Positions 1 through 14,613 of a stretch of 64,000 bases of DNA are shown here, in pieces; within the stretch, counting starts at the first letter, position 1; the number at the start of each line of letters is the position of its first letter. The stretch comes from Octopus vulgaris (taxonomy: Eukaryota). The translations under genes were made by a program, and so were the position numbers. The stretch lies in assembly GCA_951406725.2 (NCBI GenBank), contig OX597825.1, positions 5,518,001 to 5,582,000 of the forward strand, in the 5' to 3' direction. Below the pieces are notes generated by a model. It made no database searches, was not told the DNA's origin, and saw only the letters and a list, made by a program, of their open reading frames with translations.

Positions 1-1
1 A

Positions 2-170
2 GGGTATGCAATTGGTCCAGAGAAAGACAGAAAGACCAAACTCGCTCATTTGTTCTTTGTGGAAGATCAGAAAGCATCTTCCAAAAATGTGAATTATAAG
101 GAAGCCGAGCTTTGATTCAGTTACGAAATTCTCAAAGATGCAGTGATGATGTTAAGCCATGATAACATTC
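2..170 (+). mobile_element. Degenerate non-LTR retrotransposon RT fragment (R4/Dong-like)
   Basis: Frame 2 reads GYAIGPEKDRKTKLAHLFFVEDQK..., resembling the 'HLLFMDDLK' RT motif and the better-preserved copy at 55565-55940; contains a stop codon. Confidence 0.55.
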
Positions 171-360
171 CAGCATGTCTAGCCACATCTCTGTCAGTTC
201 TCCAGAGTATGAGTCTTTTCGGCACAGCCTTTTTGCCGCTGCATATTTGGCGTCGCTCATTCGACGCTGACTTATTTGACATCAGGGTTTTTTAATACTT
301 TTCTCGTTTTAATATTTCTCCCGTTCTCTCACTTCTTCTCGCCCTCTTTCTTTTCGTGTT

Positions 361-416
<56 letters not shown>

Positions 417-465
417 TCACTCTTTCTCATTTTATCTGTGTATACATATTTCCGAGCGATATTCA

Positions 466-705
466 GAAACTGCGTGGAAGCCCGTCATATGCAAATATGT
501 ATGTGTGTGTGTGTGTCTTTATGTCTGTGCCCAACAACTTGACAACCGGTATTGGTTCGTTTACAGTCCAGCAACTGAGCGGTTCGACAAACAAACCAAT
601 AGACTAAAACATACAAATACTGATGTCGATTTATTTGACAAAAGCTTTCAAAGTGGTGCCCCAGTATGGCCGTAGTCCAGTGACTGAAACAAATAAATAA
701 TAAAA
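466..705 (+). mobile_element. SINE family B, degenerate 3' part
   Basis: Matches the body and tail of family B copies (cttgacaaccg..., ccagtatggccgtagtccagtgactgaaacaaataaa). Confidence 0.7.
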
Positions 706-870
706 ACTAATGATTTGTCTTGGTTAATTGGCGAAAAGTTAGATTCCGGTTTTCATTTCATTTAGGACAAGAGTGACCTATCGGAAGTCGTTTGTCTTTA
801 AACGAGAATCGAAACCGGATCGCATTTGGCTCGCTGGAATCTTAACTCATAAAACTACGACATTCATAGT

Positions 871-1065
871 TTTTTGTATTCTAGGCACAAGGCCCGAAAA
901 TTTTAGGGAGTGGGGGCAGTCGATTAGATCGACCCCTGTACGCAACTGGTACTTAATTTATCGACCCCGATAGGATGAAAGCAAAGTCGACCCCGGCGGA
1001 ATTTGAACTCAGAACGCAAAGGCATTTCGCCCGGTGTGCTAACGTTTCTGCCAGCTCGCCGCCTT
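871..1065 (-). mobile_element. SINE family A (tRNA-derived head, A1 tail)
   Basis: Reverse complement reads ggcggcgagctggcagaaacgttagcac...gagttcaaattcc (A/B-box-like), then the core tttcatcct..ggggtcgataaattaagtaccag; more than 15 copies and fragments in the window. Confidence 0.9.
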
Positions 1066-1412
1066 TATGGCGTTCCTAATGACAGACCTACGTTACAAAC
1101 TTCACAGCTAATGGTGAATGATACATGATTGCACCTACCACGTGACTGTACTGATGCTAGTGACAAGAGCCTCAACAGATAAAAGAGAACACTTGAAATA
1201 AGATGGATGATTTGTATGAAAGCGAACGGCCTGGAGGAAATAGATACAGTTACCTTTGTTCCTTCAATGTTCCATGGCACACTTCCGGCCACTTTGCTTT
1301 TCTTATATTCATTCTCCGTTTTCACTGATTACTTTTCTCCATTTTTTCTCGCCAGTTCTCTCCCATTCTTTCTCTTTCTCTTTCTCTCCAACTCTTTTTC
1401 TCTCTTTTCTCG

Positions 1413-1444
<32 letters not shown>

Positions 1445-1684
1445 GCTCTCTCTCTCTCTCTCGCTCTCTCGCTTATTTCCCTATCACACCCTATTTCATT
1501 TTATCATTTCTAACTTTACTTTTTGTTTCCTGTGGGGATGGAGTGTGTGTGTGCATGTGCATCTATGTCTTCGTATGTGCTTTGTACGCATGTGTATATA
1601 CGTAAGCACACGAACACGCACGCGTGCACAAACACATACATACATACATACATACATACATACATACATACATACATACATACA

Positions 1685-1722
<38 letters not shown>

Positions 1723-1789
1723 CATGCGTGCGTACCTTTGTGTGCGATAAACTGCTGCACGACACCGTTTCTACGGAAGCTAGCAGATA

Positions 1790-3360
1790 GATCCAATGAT
1801 ATTGACGATGAAACTAAATAGCGCTCTAAATGAAATAAAATTAATGACATGTCAGAATGCTTAACTAAACGCCAAGTTTTATTAGGCTGAAATGTCAACA
1901 ATAAATCCACTTTTAAACCCAGTCAAAACTGAAATACGTTTGGTAGCTAAACAAAATATTGAGGAACATTGATATCAGAATTAGTGAGACGACTAAACTG
2001 CAACGGTTGGCCACTGGTGGCACTGTCATAGATTAGTTTAGGAATTTAAAGGATAAGCATAGCGTTGGATTTACACGGTTTCACATTGTAGTTTTTTGTC
2101 CCTCTACATCGAGGTCGTTGCTAGATAAAGCGATTGAGTTCGCAAAAAGATATATCGTTATTGACCACATAGAGCTGAAAATCTCTTCTATTCGGTAAGG
2201 GCTTTCCGTGGGTTAAAATGTCCGATACGGATAAATTGTTTGATGTATCCATGAGGTCGTGAGACAGTGCTGACATCTGGGATCTTGAAGGTCTCTATAT
2301 GTGATACACTTTCAGATCTAAGTTCCCACCGCACATTATTGTCTTATACTGTGACGGTGGTTTGGGCATAACTTACGACTGTGATGGAGAACCACATGAT
2401 AAGTTTAGGAAAAAACTCATATACACCTTTAGTCAGTTATGTCTCAAACTTACTGTATCTACTAATTTGTCCAAAGTTGATTTCTTAGATGTTTTCCTAG
2501 ACTTAAAGGCACGTTCATATATACCCTATTATGAACCGAATAACAAGCTCACATACATAGATAAAGTCCTGTCAACCACCTATAGTGTTTAAAAACCTGA
2601 TAGCCACCATCGGTAATAGGATAAAAAAATCAATCCTCTTCAAAAGATTTTTTAAGCAGCCTCCTAGTATAACAATGCTCTAGATAAGATACCGTATAAC
2701 CCTTCAGTTAAAAATATGAAGACAAAAATTGACCTAGGAAAATAATATGGTTCACCCCTTCCCTTTCTCATTAAAGCTAACATAGGTAAGAAATTCCTAG
2801 CATTATCAAATAAGCATTTCCCAGTAAACCACAAATACCGAAAGATTTTTAATAGATGCTCAGTAAATATTTTATACAGTTGCTACCTTAATATGAAGGA
2901 CATTACCACTCGTAAGTCACAAGAGCTACTGTCACTTGTATCTGTCCAGACACTGAAGCTTGTCCGCTTGATCAGGTATGTTTGATAAATGCGGTTCATG
3001 AAAACCAAGTTACAATAGTCCTCCAAGGCAACATAATAGAGAATAAAAATTACATCGGTTTAAGCGAAGGTAATTTTCAAAGCTGTTAGCAAATCACTAG
3101 TCTTCTTTCCGACACATTGACAAAATTAAGTCCAGCAAGATGACTAGCAATGTTTAGGATCTGAAGATCAAACGCACGCCGCAACAACCAAGTGGAGAAT
3201 CGTGAAGAAATCTACGTCATATATAAATGGGTCAGAGGTGCATCTTATGCTTGGCCGAAAGATCACACATACTTTTTAAGCTCATGAATTTCATCACACT
3301 ACTTAATTCCAGGCCCTTAACATATTCACAGCAATAATGGAACTCGAAATATTTACATTG
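1790..3360 (+). mobile_element. Decayed Penelope-like retroelement ORF (RT plus C-terminal GIY-YIG; Naiad-like)
   Basis: Frameshifted translation gives LLNPVKTEI, SLLDKAIEFAK, WVK..LFDVSMRS*DSA, LYCDGGLG, NLSKVDFLDVFLDL, RKIIWF, ANIGKKFL..KHFP.NHKYRKIFN, then CPLDQVCL...NYIGLSEGNF and WRIVKK...CILCLAE. Many stops and frameshifts. Confidence 0.9.
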
Positions 3361-3646
3361 TTTCTTTTGTCATATCGGTGACAGAAGGAGTTTAGAAAAT
3401 AGTGCATACCGTGTTAAGTCGGCATGAATATCGGGTACAAATACCACAGCACGGAGTTTTGATATTCAATAGTCAATTAATATTGTTTGGGTGTGCGGAT
3501 TATACCAATCAAGCAAGGTGCCTCAATTTAAGTATCTAATTTAACGAAATCTTAATTATACTATATTATATATATATATAAGAAGCAAAATATGGAGATT
3601 GGGAAGTTAATAATTGTTTATTATTAACAGCACAATTAATAATTAT

Positions 3647-3728
3647 CCTTTACAGCTGTTTCAATTAATACTTAGTAAATATTAAGTAAATATTAGATTT
3701 ACATAACCTGACCATATCTTCAGAGGGG
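3647..3728 (-). ncRNA. Type I hammerhead ribozyme motif (long stem II)
   Basis: Minus strand: ccct-CTGAAGA-[long AT-rich insert]-GAAAC-agct-GTA-aagg; palindromic loop III. Confidence 0.6.
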
Positions 3729-3903
3729 AAAATATTTTATGTATATATGGATTCATTACAGCAGACTACATGAAACTAGCACAACATTGTAATCCGGTTT
3801 TATTTTGTCATTTATATTTTTATTCTTATTCATCCATTCAATACTCAACGATCAACTGAAATTTCACCATGTAGCCCCTTACTGGATTTTACCACGAGAA
3901 AGG

Positions 3904-3994
3904 AACCCCGAGGAAGGAAATATTTTTATACAGGGAGTTGAATTTGGATTATTTCCTACAGCCCCATAAAACTTTTCTGAAACGGCTGTAGGTT
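3904..3994 (+). ncRNA. Hammerhead ribozyme-like motif (U4>C variant)
   Basis: aacc-CCGAGGA-aggaaa...ttttct-GAAAC-ggct-GTA-ggtt; stem I aacc/ggtt pairs. Confidence 0.55.
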
Positions 3995-4261
3995 TTGACT
4001 GATCCTTTCAATCGGCTCCTTTAATCTATTCTAACTACATTTTCTACTTTCATGGTACTCTTTTATATTTTTTTATGTTTATATTATCATATTTCTGAAT
4101 TTTCCTCATCTATGTCTTAATATATGTGGAATAATATCTCATGTCATACATTTGAATTATGAATTTTTATCGTATATCAAACTTTATTAATCTTTAGCTC
4201 ATATACGAAGAAAAACCTGTGTTTTGTACTGGAGCTTTATCACCATTAAAATTCTCGTATT

Positions 4262-4316
<55 letters not shown>

Positions 4317-4340
4317 TGTATGTATATTTATAAATTAAAG

Positions 4341-4848
4341 CGGAAACGAAAAAGCGAAGCGTTTGTCAAGACTTGACAATTTAATTCAAATATATAATAA
4401 AAAGACATACATTATCTCTAAAAGCTGTTTCTAGAATATCCAAGCTGTTGGAACATCGTGCCGAACGAAGATTTTACAAGCCGAGTATTCCACCATCAGA
4501 GGGAGAGAGGTTAAAGAGATGTAACAGTGAAGGAATATTATTTATCAATGTCATTATAGTTCATTTTGTCGACAAAGGGAAGAGAAATCCAATTAAAAAT
4601 CCAATTAAAATGGGTAGACGTTAGGTAGAACCGTGAACAAATGAAGAACACCGGTTGCGTCCGTTAGTAGAATCAAGAAGGAGAGAATGGTTTGATTATG
4701 ATCTATGGCGAGGGGAAACAGATGTTACCAGTTTCAATGGTGGATGGGGACTGAAGGAAGAATGATTATACTGCACTATAATAGGAAGAGGACAGACAGG
4801 TTGGGGCCTTGTCAAGTCTTCACAAACGGTTTGCCCTTTTCATTTCTG
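4341..4848. mobile_element. Element with about 40-bp diverged terminal inverted repeats and a degenerate internal HHR
   Basis: 4341-4379 is the approximate reverse complement of 4809-4848; minus-strand CTGATGG-tggaata...tattcta-GAAAC-agct-ttt-agag at 4416-4503. Confidence 0.6.
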
Positions 4849-5729
4849 TTTTGGTCTGTACCTATTTGTTCAAGGAGAAGCCACACCTAACAGCTTCAGA
4901 AAGGCAGTCTCAACATTACATGTTCAACTGCAGTTCAAACTGGAGTTTGAATGGCATGCCAAGTTGAGTAGTCAGTGTGTATACCTTGTGTTGTTCTATG
5001 TGTTTACTCCTATTAACAGTAGTCTACTTTTGTGAAGTGCTCATGCAGTATATAGATGTTAGATCTACCAATATTTTTCTACCTCGTTTGCTTTCGTATT
5101 GTGTCGTAGTATCTAATACACTACAGAGGTTCTTTCATATAAATTCATAGTCAGCAAGTAGAGAGTGTACAATAATGCAATAGTTGGAGTCGTGAAGTTT
5201 ACGACTTTCATGACTGCACTCGAATTTACAAACTACATTCGTCACTGGTAGCTTCTCCGCAGCTTTCGATTCTTGTTGTTGTTATGATGCAAAAGAAAGT
5301 ATAAATTCTTTTGTTATTCCATTATCTTACTAGTGCCAATTTATCGTTGAGTGTGGGAGTCTGCAAAATGGTCAGTATCGAACACTGACATGTCTAGGTA
5401 GCTTTGCAAGAGAAGGATAAACACCTGAAACGATCTTGAGCATTAAGGATGTTGAATTATAAGCGGACTAAATCAGGAAGAATGCCGTTATTTAAAGCTA
5501 AACCACTCTGACTTCCAGCCAAATATCAATGTAATAATTAATATTCACCAAACACATATTTCATTTAAATATGCTGACTACATCAACTTTATACGACTGA
5601 ATTTTTATTGTTATTTATCAATTTCAATAAGCATTTTAATTAAATTTCCTTAAAATATCTCTTGTTAAACGGTATTAACAATACCAAAGAATGACAGAAT
5701 TATTGTCTTTGAGCCAAAATATTGTATTA

Positions 5730-5975
5730 TTGATTTCAAATTTTGACACAGAGCCAGCAATTGTGGGTAAATGTATAAGTCGAGGACATAGACTCCAGTG
5801 TTCGACTGGTATTTATTTTATCGACCCCGGAAGGATGAGATCCCGCTAGGGTCGACTCTGCCTTTCATCCTTCGGGGTCGATAAAATAAATATCACTCAA
5901 AAAACTGGGGTCGATGCTATCGACTTTACTCCACCCTCACCCCAAATTTGGTGCCCTTGTGCCAAAATTTGTAGA
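5730..5975. mobile_element. Two partial family A SINEs fused head-to-head
   Basis: 5730-5840 is a minus-strand core and tail; 5845-5975 is a plus-strand core and tail. Confidence 0.7.
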
Positions 5976-6194
5976 CATTGTTTTGCGTAAGAAATTGACA
6001 AGATGGGGGTCGGTAAGTTGCCGATGACTCTATGAAGGGGCCACATTTAGTGTTGTTCATTTTCTATTTGTTTCACGAGATTAATAAGAGCCCTGAAATA
6101 AGCAAGTCAACACCAGGTTAACGGAACTCAACTATTTGTGGCTTCCAGACGCCCAAAATATGAATGACCCATAAAGAAGAAAATAGATAATGGT

Positions 6195-6870
6195 GGAAAA
6201 TGTGGTTAAGAAGCTCCCTCTACGGTCACGTGGTTTGGGATTTAGTCCTACTGCGCGGCACTTTGGAAAGTGTCTTCTACTATAGATCCGGGCTGACCAA
6301 TGCCTTGTGAGAGAATTTGGTTGACGAAACTACCAGATACAAGGCGGCGAGCTGGCAGAAACGTTAGCACGCCGGGCGAAATGCTTGGCGGTATTTCGTC
6401 TGCGTTCAAATTCCGCTGTGGCCGACTTTGCCTTTCATCTTTTCGGTTTCGGGGTCGCTAAATTAAGTACCAGTTACGCAATGGGGTCGGTGTAATCGAT
6501 TTAATCCCTTTGCCTGTCCTTTGTCTCCTCTATGTTTAGCCCCTTGTGAGCAATAAAGAAATAGGAAACAACCAGATACACACGCGTACTTGCGCATGTA
6601 TGTGTTTGTGTACGTGTGTGTGTATGTGTCTGTCTGTTTGTCTGTGTATGCCTTTGTCTCTATGTAGTTTCTATTCACCACCACCACCACCACGCTTATC
6701 AACAGATGTTGGATTGTTTACTGCACCATAACTTAGCAGTTTGACAAAAGGAACCGATGGAATAAGCACCAGACTTAAATATCGATACTGGGATCGATTT
6801 GTTCAAATAACACTTTCGAGGCTATGCTCCAGCATGGTCGAAGCCCAGTGACTAAAAGAAGTAAAAAAAT
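6195..6870 (+). mobile_element. SINE family B (CORE-like), interrupted by a family A copy
   Basis: Head tgtggttaagaagc...cactttggaaagtgtcttctactatag; tail ctccagcatggtcg...gactaaaagaagtaaaa. Confidence 0.75.
6341..6564 (+). mobile_element. SINE family A (A2 tail) with 15-bp TSD
   Basis: Full head-core-tail; flanked by gaaactaccagatac (6326-6340) and gaaacaaccagatac (6565-6579). Confidence 0.92.
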
Positions 6871-6974
6871 AAACGGTAAAACATCACTCGCTTGAATTCG
6901 AACCTTGAAGTAATTTCTTTCGCCTTGGTCGAAAAACAAAATGAATTGGATACATTCAAAATTGTTTCTTTATT

Positions 6975-8225
<1,251 letters not shown>

Positions 8226-8457
8226 CGAAAGTAGTGGGCGGGAAAAGCAAAGAAAAGATAGAATGAACCACGAAGGAGGAAAGTAATACGTGCGATGTCT
8301 TCAATTTTGCATAATGAATTCATGAGGTAAACGTTGGTTCGAAGTTGACAGCAGGTAGTTGATTAAATCTGGGACATTATACGAATGTGATTGAGTACGT
8401 TTGTGTGTGCGTGCGTTTGTGTATGTTTGTGTGTGCATGTGTGTGCGCGTGTGTATA

Positions 8458-8519
<62 letters not shown>

Positions 8520-8627
8520 CAAGGAGTCTCTGCGTGTGTATAAGTGTATTGCTATAGGCAAGATTTGTTAGATTAAATATTCATATTCAGTCATTTTTAT
8601 TTAGTGCAGAATACTAAATGTTGCGTA

Positions 8628-8665
<38 letters not shown>

Positions 8666-9609
8666 TGTGTGTGTGTGAGTGAGCGAGAGCGTATGTGCAT
8701 CAATGTATATGGGTGTATGCATTTAAGCATGATTAGCCATATATGTGTACGTTGCTAATTTTTAAAAAACTGCCTTCAGTCTTTCAGTTTTCTTCTACTT
8801 AATGGTATCTTTAGCCTTTCCTCCTCTCGTCTTCTTCCGCCTCAATCTCCTCTCTTCCTCTTTCACTCGATTCATTTTCTTCATAGATATACAAACACGG
8901 ACATCTAATTACGCACCTGTTGTTAGTCTAAGGCTCCTGTATTAATTGCCTTAGAACATGTAGCTGCCGTTAATTTGCTACATGCTCTACAGTCTACACC
9001 AACGGTTTGCGCTAGAGTTTCGAAACTCAGCTAATTCTTCTCACCGATACCGTTGCTATATGCTTCTTTGTTACTGAGTTCCGCGTTTGTTTGTTTGCGT
9101 CTAAGCAAAACAAACCAATTTCGGAAGTTAAAAAGGAAATAAATTAGAACTAGCCACACGTTCTTTTCACAATAAACCCTGTGAGCTACATGCTTTCAAT
9201 TTTGGTTTGGAATCACTTCTCTAAATTTATGTTGCTAATTCTATTAAGCAAGGCATCGTAATTTTAGTCACATAATTTGTTTTTTCTCTGCTAATAAATC
9301 TGTGCTCTTGAGCTAAAAAGATTTGTTCTAATTTTACGTTTAATTCTAGTTTCATTGAGAAAGTTTATAAATATGGCATGATGAATAAATGATGCGTTCT
9401 GAGATATTTATGGAAGGAAGAACACAACTCGGTTGAAGTGTGAAATAAATTCGTCCTCAGTCAACAAACTCTCATCAAGACACAAAACCCTTCAGCAAAA
9501 AAGTCTAAAAGAATCGCGAAACCCCACTGCGACATGCACAGATATTGTCAGTTCCGTATTTGACAAATCTTAGTATGATCAACAGTCTCTTCTCTCTTTT
9601 CATTCTTTG

Positions 9610-9644
<35 letters not shown>

Positions 9645-10586
9645 TTATTCCACTTGTTTTATACAAGACTTCACGGTCCCCTGGTTGTGCTGTCTTAAAT
9701 TATAACAGGGGAAACTGGAAATAAAAAAAAGCTAATAATAAAAAAGAAAAAGCAATTTCGTTTTTTGTTTGTTTGTTTGTTTGGTTTTTTGTTTTTTCAT
9801 TGTTTTAATGTTCTTATCTTGAGGAAGTGACTATTTTCACTGCTTTCTTAGATTCATATATCGTAGACTTTAGCATACGTCAGTGAACAATTTGTTTGCC
9901 GAGTTCTCTAAATAAGAATGACTATTCTTGTTTCAGGCGAGACATCTGGGATTAGCTTTGATTGAAGTAATATAAACGTCAGTAAACCAGTGTCTCAAAG
10001 GTTTCCTACGACAGTGAGCCATGTATGTTAACAACACACATTATCAGAAGGGAGAAGTGCTTCTCTGAATAGAAAATACAACAGCGATTACCATATTCAC
10101 GTTCAAATGTATTGCAACTTATTATGTATGAATATAAACATGAGTGTTTTATTTCTCGCTGTTTTACTTGCTCCTAATAATTTGTTATTGACCTGGCAAA
10201 CATCCATACACATCACCACAAAATTCATTTGTTTAATTCTATAAACAAGAACGACTGTTCCTGTTTAAATTTAGTGATCTGAAGTGACACAGCTATGTCG
10301 AAACAGTAGTGTCTCAAAGTCCCTCAATAACACGAAATTGTGTTGTCAACAGACATTGTCTGACAGGAGAAGAAACTCTCTAGAAAATAAAATACTGAGT
10401 TGCAATATTTGTTCTTACTCTTTGGGCTCTGAGTTAAAATTCCTCCGCGGTCGTCTTTGCCTTCCATCGTTTTGGGGGTCAATAAAATAAGAAACAGTTT
10501 TGCACTGGAGTCAATGTAATTGTTGGCCTCGTGCAAAAATTTAAAAAAATCATCATCACCATCATCATAATTATTAGTTGTAGTAC

Positions 10587-11181
10587 TGAGTGAGAAAGCA
10601 GTGCATGCCATCAGAGTGACACTGGGATAAAATATACGAAGCCCAGTATACCCATCATGACTACCCGTCTGATAAGGATACACTAGGCACATGCATCACA
10701 ACCATATGTGCACAACATGATGATCTCACATCAAGATAAACAGCGCATGACCTTGCTTGTGGGGCCCAGTTAGAATTAATTTTCATCAGGTCGAGTACCC
10801 CATCCCGCTCAAAAAGCCCCTGCATAATGGTTGTTTAAGGATGATGAACAAAACACCCATGTTTCCAGAGGTGAATTATCCAAACCTCAAAAAACTCCCC
10901 ACAGCACATGGCTATGATGCTCCCCCACTACTTCTGCTTGTGATCAGAGATGCACATATCGTCAGCTACTAAGGGACATGCCCAACTGGTTATGGTCAAA
11001 CAACTGACAAGCAAATCTGTGGTATTGAGCAGAATATTTGCTGTAACCCATCTTTTATACCAAGACAAAACAATGTACACGATAACACTTCCAATCAGTT
11101 AAGATCAGAAGCCATGAGAACCACTGCCTGGTACTGCATCAGAGCATTGAGAACCACTCCCTGGTACTGCATCAGAGCATT
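10587..11181. mobile_element. About 600-bp unclassified insertion between ATC/TTA triplet repeats, with a terminal 33-bp tandem duplication
   Basis: Complex sequence bounded by triplet microsatellites; gagaaccactgcctggtactgcatcagagcatt is duplicated at 11116-11148 and 11149-11181 and followed by (tta)n. Confidence 0.5.
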
Positions 11182-11242
11182 TATTATTATTATCATTATT
11201 ATTATTATTGTGACTATAGTAGCAAGGACTATTATAATTATT

Positions 11243-11460
11243 AACGCGGTGAGCAGGCAGAATTGTTAGTACACCGGGTGAAATACTTAGCGGCATTTCG
11301 TCCGTCTTTACGTTCTGAGTTCGAATTCCGCCGAGGTGGACTTTGGTTTTCATCCTTTCGGAATCGATAAATTAATTACCAGTTGCGTACTGGTGTCGAT
11401 CTAATCGACTGCTCCCACTCTCCAAAAATTATGGGCCTTGTGCCTAGAGTAGAAAAGAAT
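11243..11460 (+). mobile_element. SINE family A (A1 tail)
   Basis: Head, core and ggccttgtgcctagagtagaaaagaat tail. Confidence 0.88.
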
Positions 11461-11914
11461 ATTGTTTGGAGAGCGTAAACAGTATCTCTTTATTAGCAAC
11501 AATTGTTGGATTTTATTGTCAGCAGTTATAAGTACGTTGCAATTTCGAAGCATGAATTGAATATTAGCTACTCTGAAGGAAAACCACTAACGATTGCTCA
11601 TGAAAAAAGGAAGTGAAGACTTGTAGATGCATGTATTGGCTAGAACCGAATTAAAGTGGGTAAGTATATAAAATGATGTATGATAGCGTGAGACCAAGTG
11701 GAAGGAAATTCCCAGTATTCTGCTTGTAATGGGGAAAATTATTTTTTCTCCAGTCAGGGTCTTTATCGAGCGCTTATTGCATGTCTGCCTACATAAATTA
11801 AACCAACACACAAACACAAACATACGCACGCATACACGCATACCCACGCACTCACGCGCACTCACACACTCACACAGACAAACACACACATATGTATATA
11901 TATATGCACACAAG

Positions 11915-11955
<41 letters not shown>

Positions 11956-11959
11956 CAAT

Positions 11960-12060
11960 TTGAAAAAAAACACCTTTTATCAATTCAAAATGAACAATTA
12001 AATTACACCATCTAGAAAATTACATATAATAGAAGTATTAAAATTAAAATAACAATAATA
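11960..12060. repeat. Fragment of a dispersed AT-rich repeat (longer copy at about 39630-39925)
   Basis: caccttttatcaattcaaaatgaacaattaaattacaccatctagaaaattacatataatagaa is shared with about 39750-39812. Confidence 0.85.
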
Positions 12061-12067
12061 TGTATGC

Positions 12068-12107
<40 letters not shown>

Positions 12108-12178
12108 ACATATATACACATACGTACACTCATACATGCATACACATATGCGTATTTATGTATATACTTATATATATG

Positions 12179-12211
<33 letters not shown>

Positions 12212-12335
12212 ATTGACACAACTGTTCAGAATCTCTCTGTTGTGTAATTTTGAATCTCCTAAAACATTACAATTGCAATAACGGTTAAGTCATCATGTCG
12301 AGAATCCACTTAACATATTGACTTATCTCATTTCA

Positions 12336-12366
<31 letters not shown>

Positions 12367-12580
12367 TTTTTATCACACTCTCTCTCTCTTTTCATCTCTC
12401 TCGCTCGCTCGCTCGCTCTTAAGTGTCCAAATAATGTGAATTGTTATCCGTTTAAGCAGACTGATAATTCAGCGTTTAGCGAATTTACAGCAAGTAAATC
12501 TTTTCATAATATTACAACCATTACACCCACCCAAATAACCACCCACCCACCCACACACACACACACAGACACACACACAT

Positions 12581-12629
<49 letters not shown>

Positions 12630-12708
12630 AATATGAATGTATGTATTATATATGTTGTTAGCTAGATAGATAGGTAGATATATAGATATATAGATAGATA
12701 GGTAGATT

Positions 12709-12803
<95 letters not shown>

Positions 12804-12902
12804 GTGCATAATACAGCGTAAATCAAGAATTGAAGTAAGTTTAAATATTATACAGATTCACTGTGTGTTACAAATATAAAAATATAGAATGTAAAAAATA
12901 AC

Positions 12903-12947
<45 letters not shown>

Positions 12948-13929
12948 AATCAGGTTTTTAACATTTGAGGTACATGTTTCAAACGTTTTCACATACGAAA
13001 AAAGTGCTGGCAATTTAAGAAGTAGAATATGCCTTAAGAATTATTTTATTGCTGGATATTTCACAGCCTTAATTCTATTTCGATTCCAGGTGTAATTGTT
13101 TGCAACTACTGTATATATATAGACTCAGTACAAGTACTACACCTATATATGTTTTCCTTGGAGTGGTGAGGTTAATGACGAGCAAGCAGAATGGTCCACC
13201 TTGCTGAAATTAACAAGACAAGCTAAAAAACGAAATGACAATTGCCAGTCTTATTCTTTCCTCGATTACTATTAAAAATTCGTCATTAATTTCCCAAATA
13301 AGAAAAAAGGTGTCGAAATTGTAATGATTTTTCGATAAATAGCTGGTGAAAGAAACAAGCTAGCATACAGCTATGGGTATACGTTTTTCTGTAAAAATAA
13401 TCTTGTCTGTCTGTGTTGTTATAATTGGTAATATCATTCATAACATAGGGCAGATATATTCAATATTTCCTTCTATTAAGGCGGTGAGCTGCCAGAAACG
13501 TTAGTACGCCGGGCGAAATGCTTAGCGGTCACCTTACGATGATCCGTTTTACGAGACCCCGGCGTTACGAGTTTTATTTTTCGGCTTACTTTTGTATGGT
13601 GAGATGAAACTTTTAAAGCAATAGGTCCAAATTTTGAACGAAGTGCAAAAGTTTCTACCAACATAACAAATGCTTGTGTGTTACCGAGAAATTTATAGAG
13701 AGCGAAAAAAAACATCTTCTAAGCAAACAACTCTAGGTTTGTTTTTTAAAGCGAAATCTACAAGTCCGTCTGTGAGTGCTTGTGAATCGGCGATCACATC
13801 TACAAATGATGGTGTGCGAATCTACTATGAGTGAAAGTAAAGCAGAAAATGATTATAATAATAATATTTCCTATTATAAATGATCTTGGCATTCTTTTTA
13901 CTTTACATAAAACATTCACCGCACCCTGT

Positions 13930-13965
<36 letters not shown>

Positions 13966-13979
13966 TTCTCTTTTTTTTT

Positions 13980-14381
13980 TACTCTTTTTACTTGTTTCAG
14001 TCATTTTGATTGCGGCCATGCTGGAGCACCGCCTTTAATCGAGCAACTCGACCTCGGGACTTATTTTTTGTAAGCCCAGTACTTATTCTATCGGTCCCTT
14101 TTGCCGAACCGCTAAGTGACGGGGACATAAACACACCAGCATCGGTTGTCAAGCAATGCTAGGGGGACAAAAACAGACACACAAACATACACGCACATAC
14201 ATATATATACATATAAACGACGGGCTTCTTTCAGTTTCCATCTACCAAATCTACTCACAAGGCTTTGGTCGGCCCGAGGCTATAGTAGAAGACACTTGCT
14301 CAAGGTGCCACGCAGCGGGACTGAACCCGGAACCATGTGGTTGGTAAACAAGCTACTTACCACACAGCCGCTCCTGCGCCT
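13980..14381 (-). mobile_element. SINE family B, full length
   Basis: Reverse complement: ggcgcaggagcggctgtgtggtaagtagcttg...gggttcagtccc (tRNA-like), caccttgagcaagtgtctt (CORE-like), internal (TG/TA)n, tail ctgaaacaagtaaaaagagt. Confidence 0.92.
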
Positions 14382-14613
14382 ATATATATAAATAGGGTAT
14401 GAGAGGTATTGGTTTCAAGAAGACCCAAAGGTGTCAGGTAATGCTGGATAAGTGCTATGGACAGACTATAGTTAAGCTCCAGGTTCGATGATTATACGAA
14501 TGAGGAGTCCAATGTAGGTCGTATATTAGCTTGCATATATATAAAAAATTAACAGAATGAGATAATAAAAAATCCAAGGCTGTGAAGGATTTCAGAACAT
14601 TTATAAAGAGAAG

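Noticed and set aside
2250-2270. In-frame TGA in the PLE RT as possible selenocysteine
   Set aside because: The element has many stops and frameshifts, and this position is normally an aromatic residue; simple decay explains it.
8952-8990. Hairpin tagaacatgtagc/gctacatgctcta as a possible pre-miRNA
   Set aside because: Stem is only about 13 bp, and no known mature miRNA was recognised.
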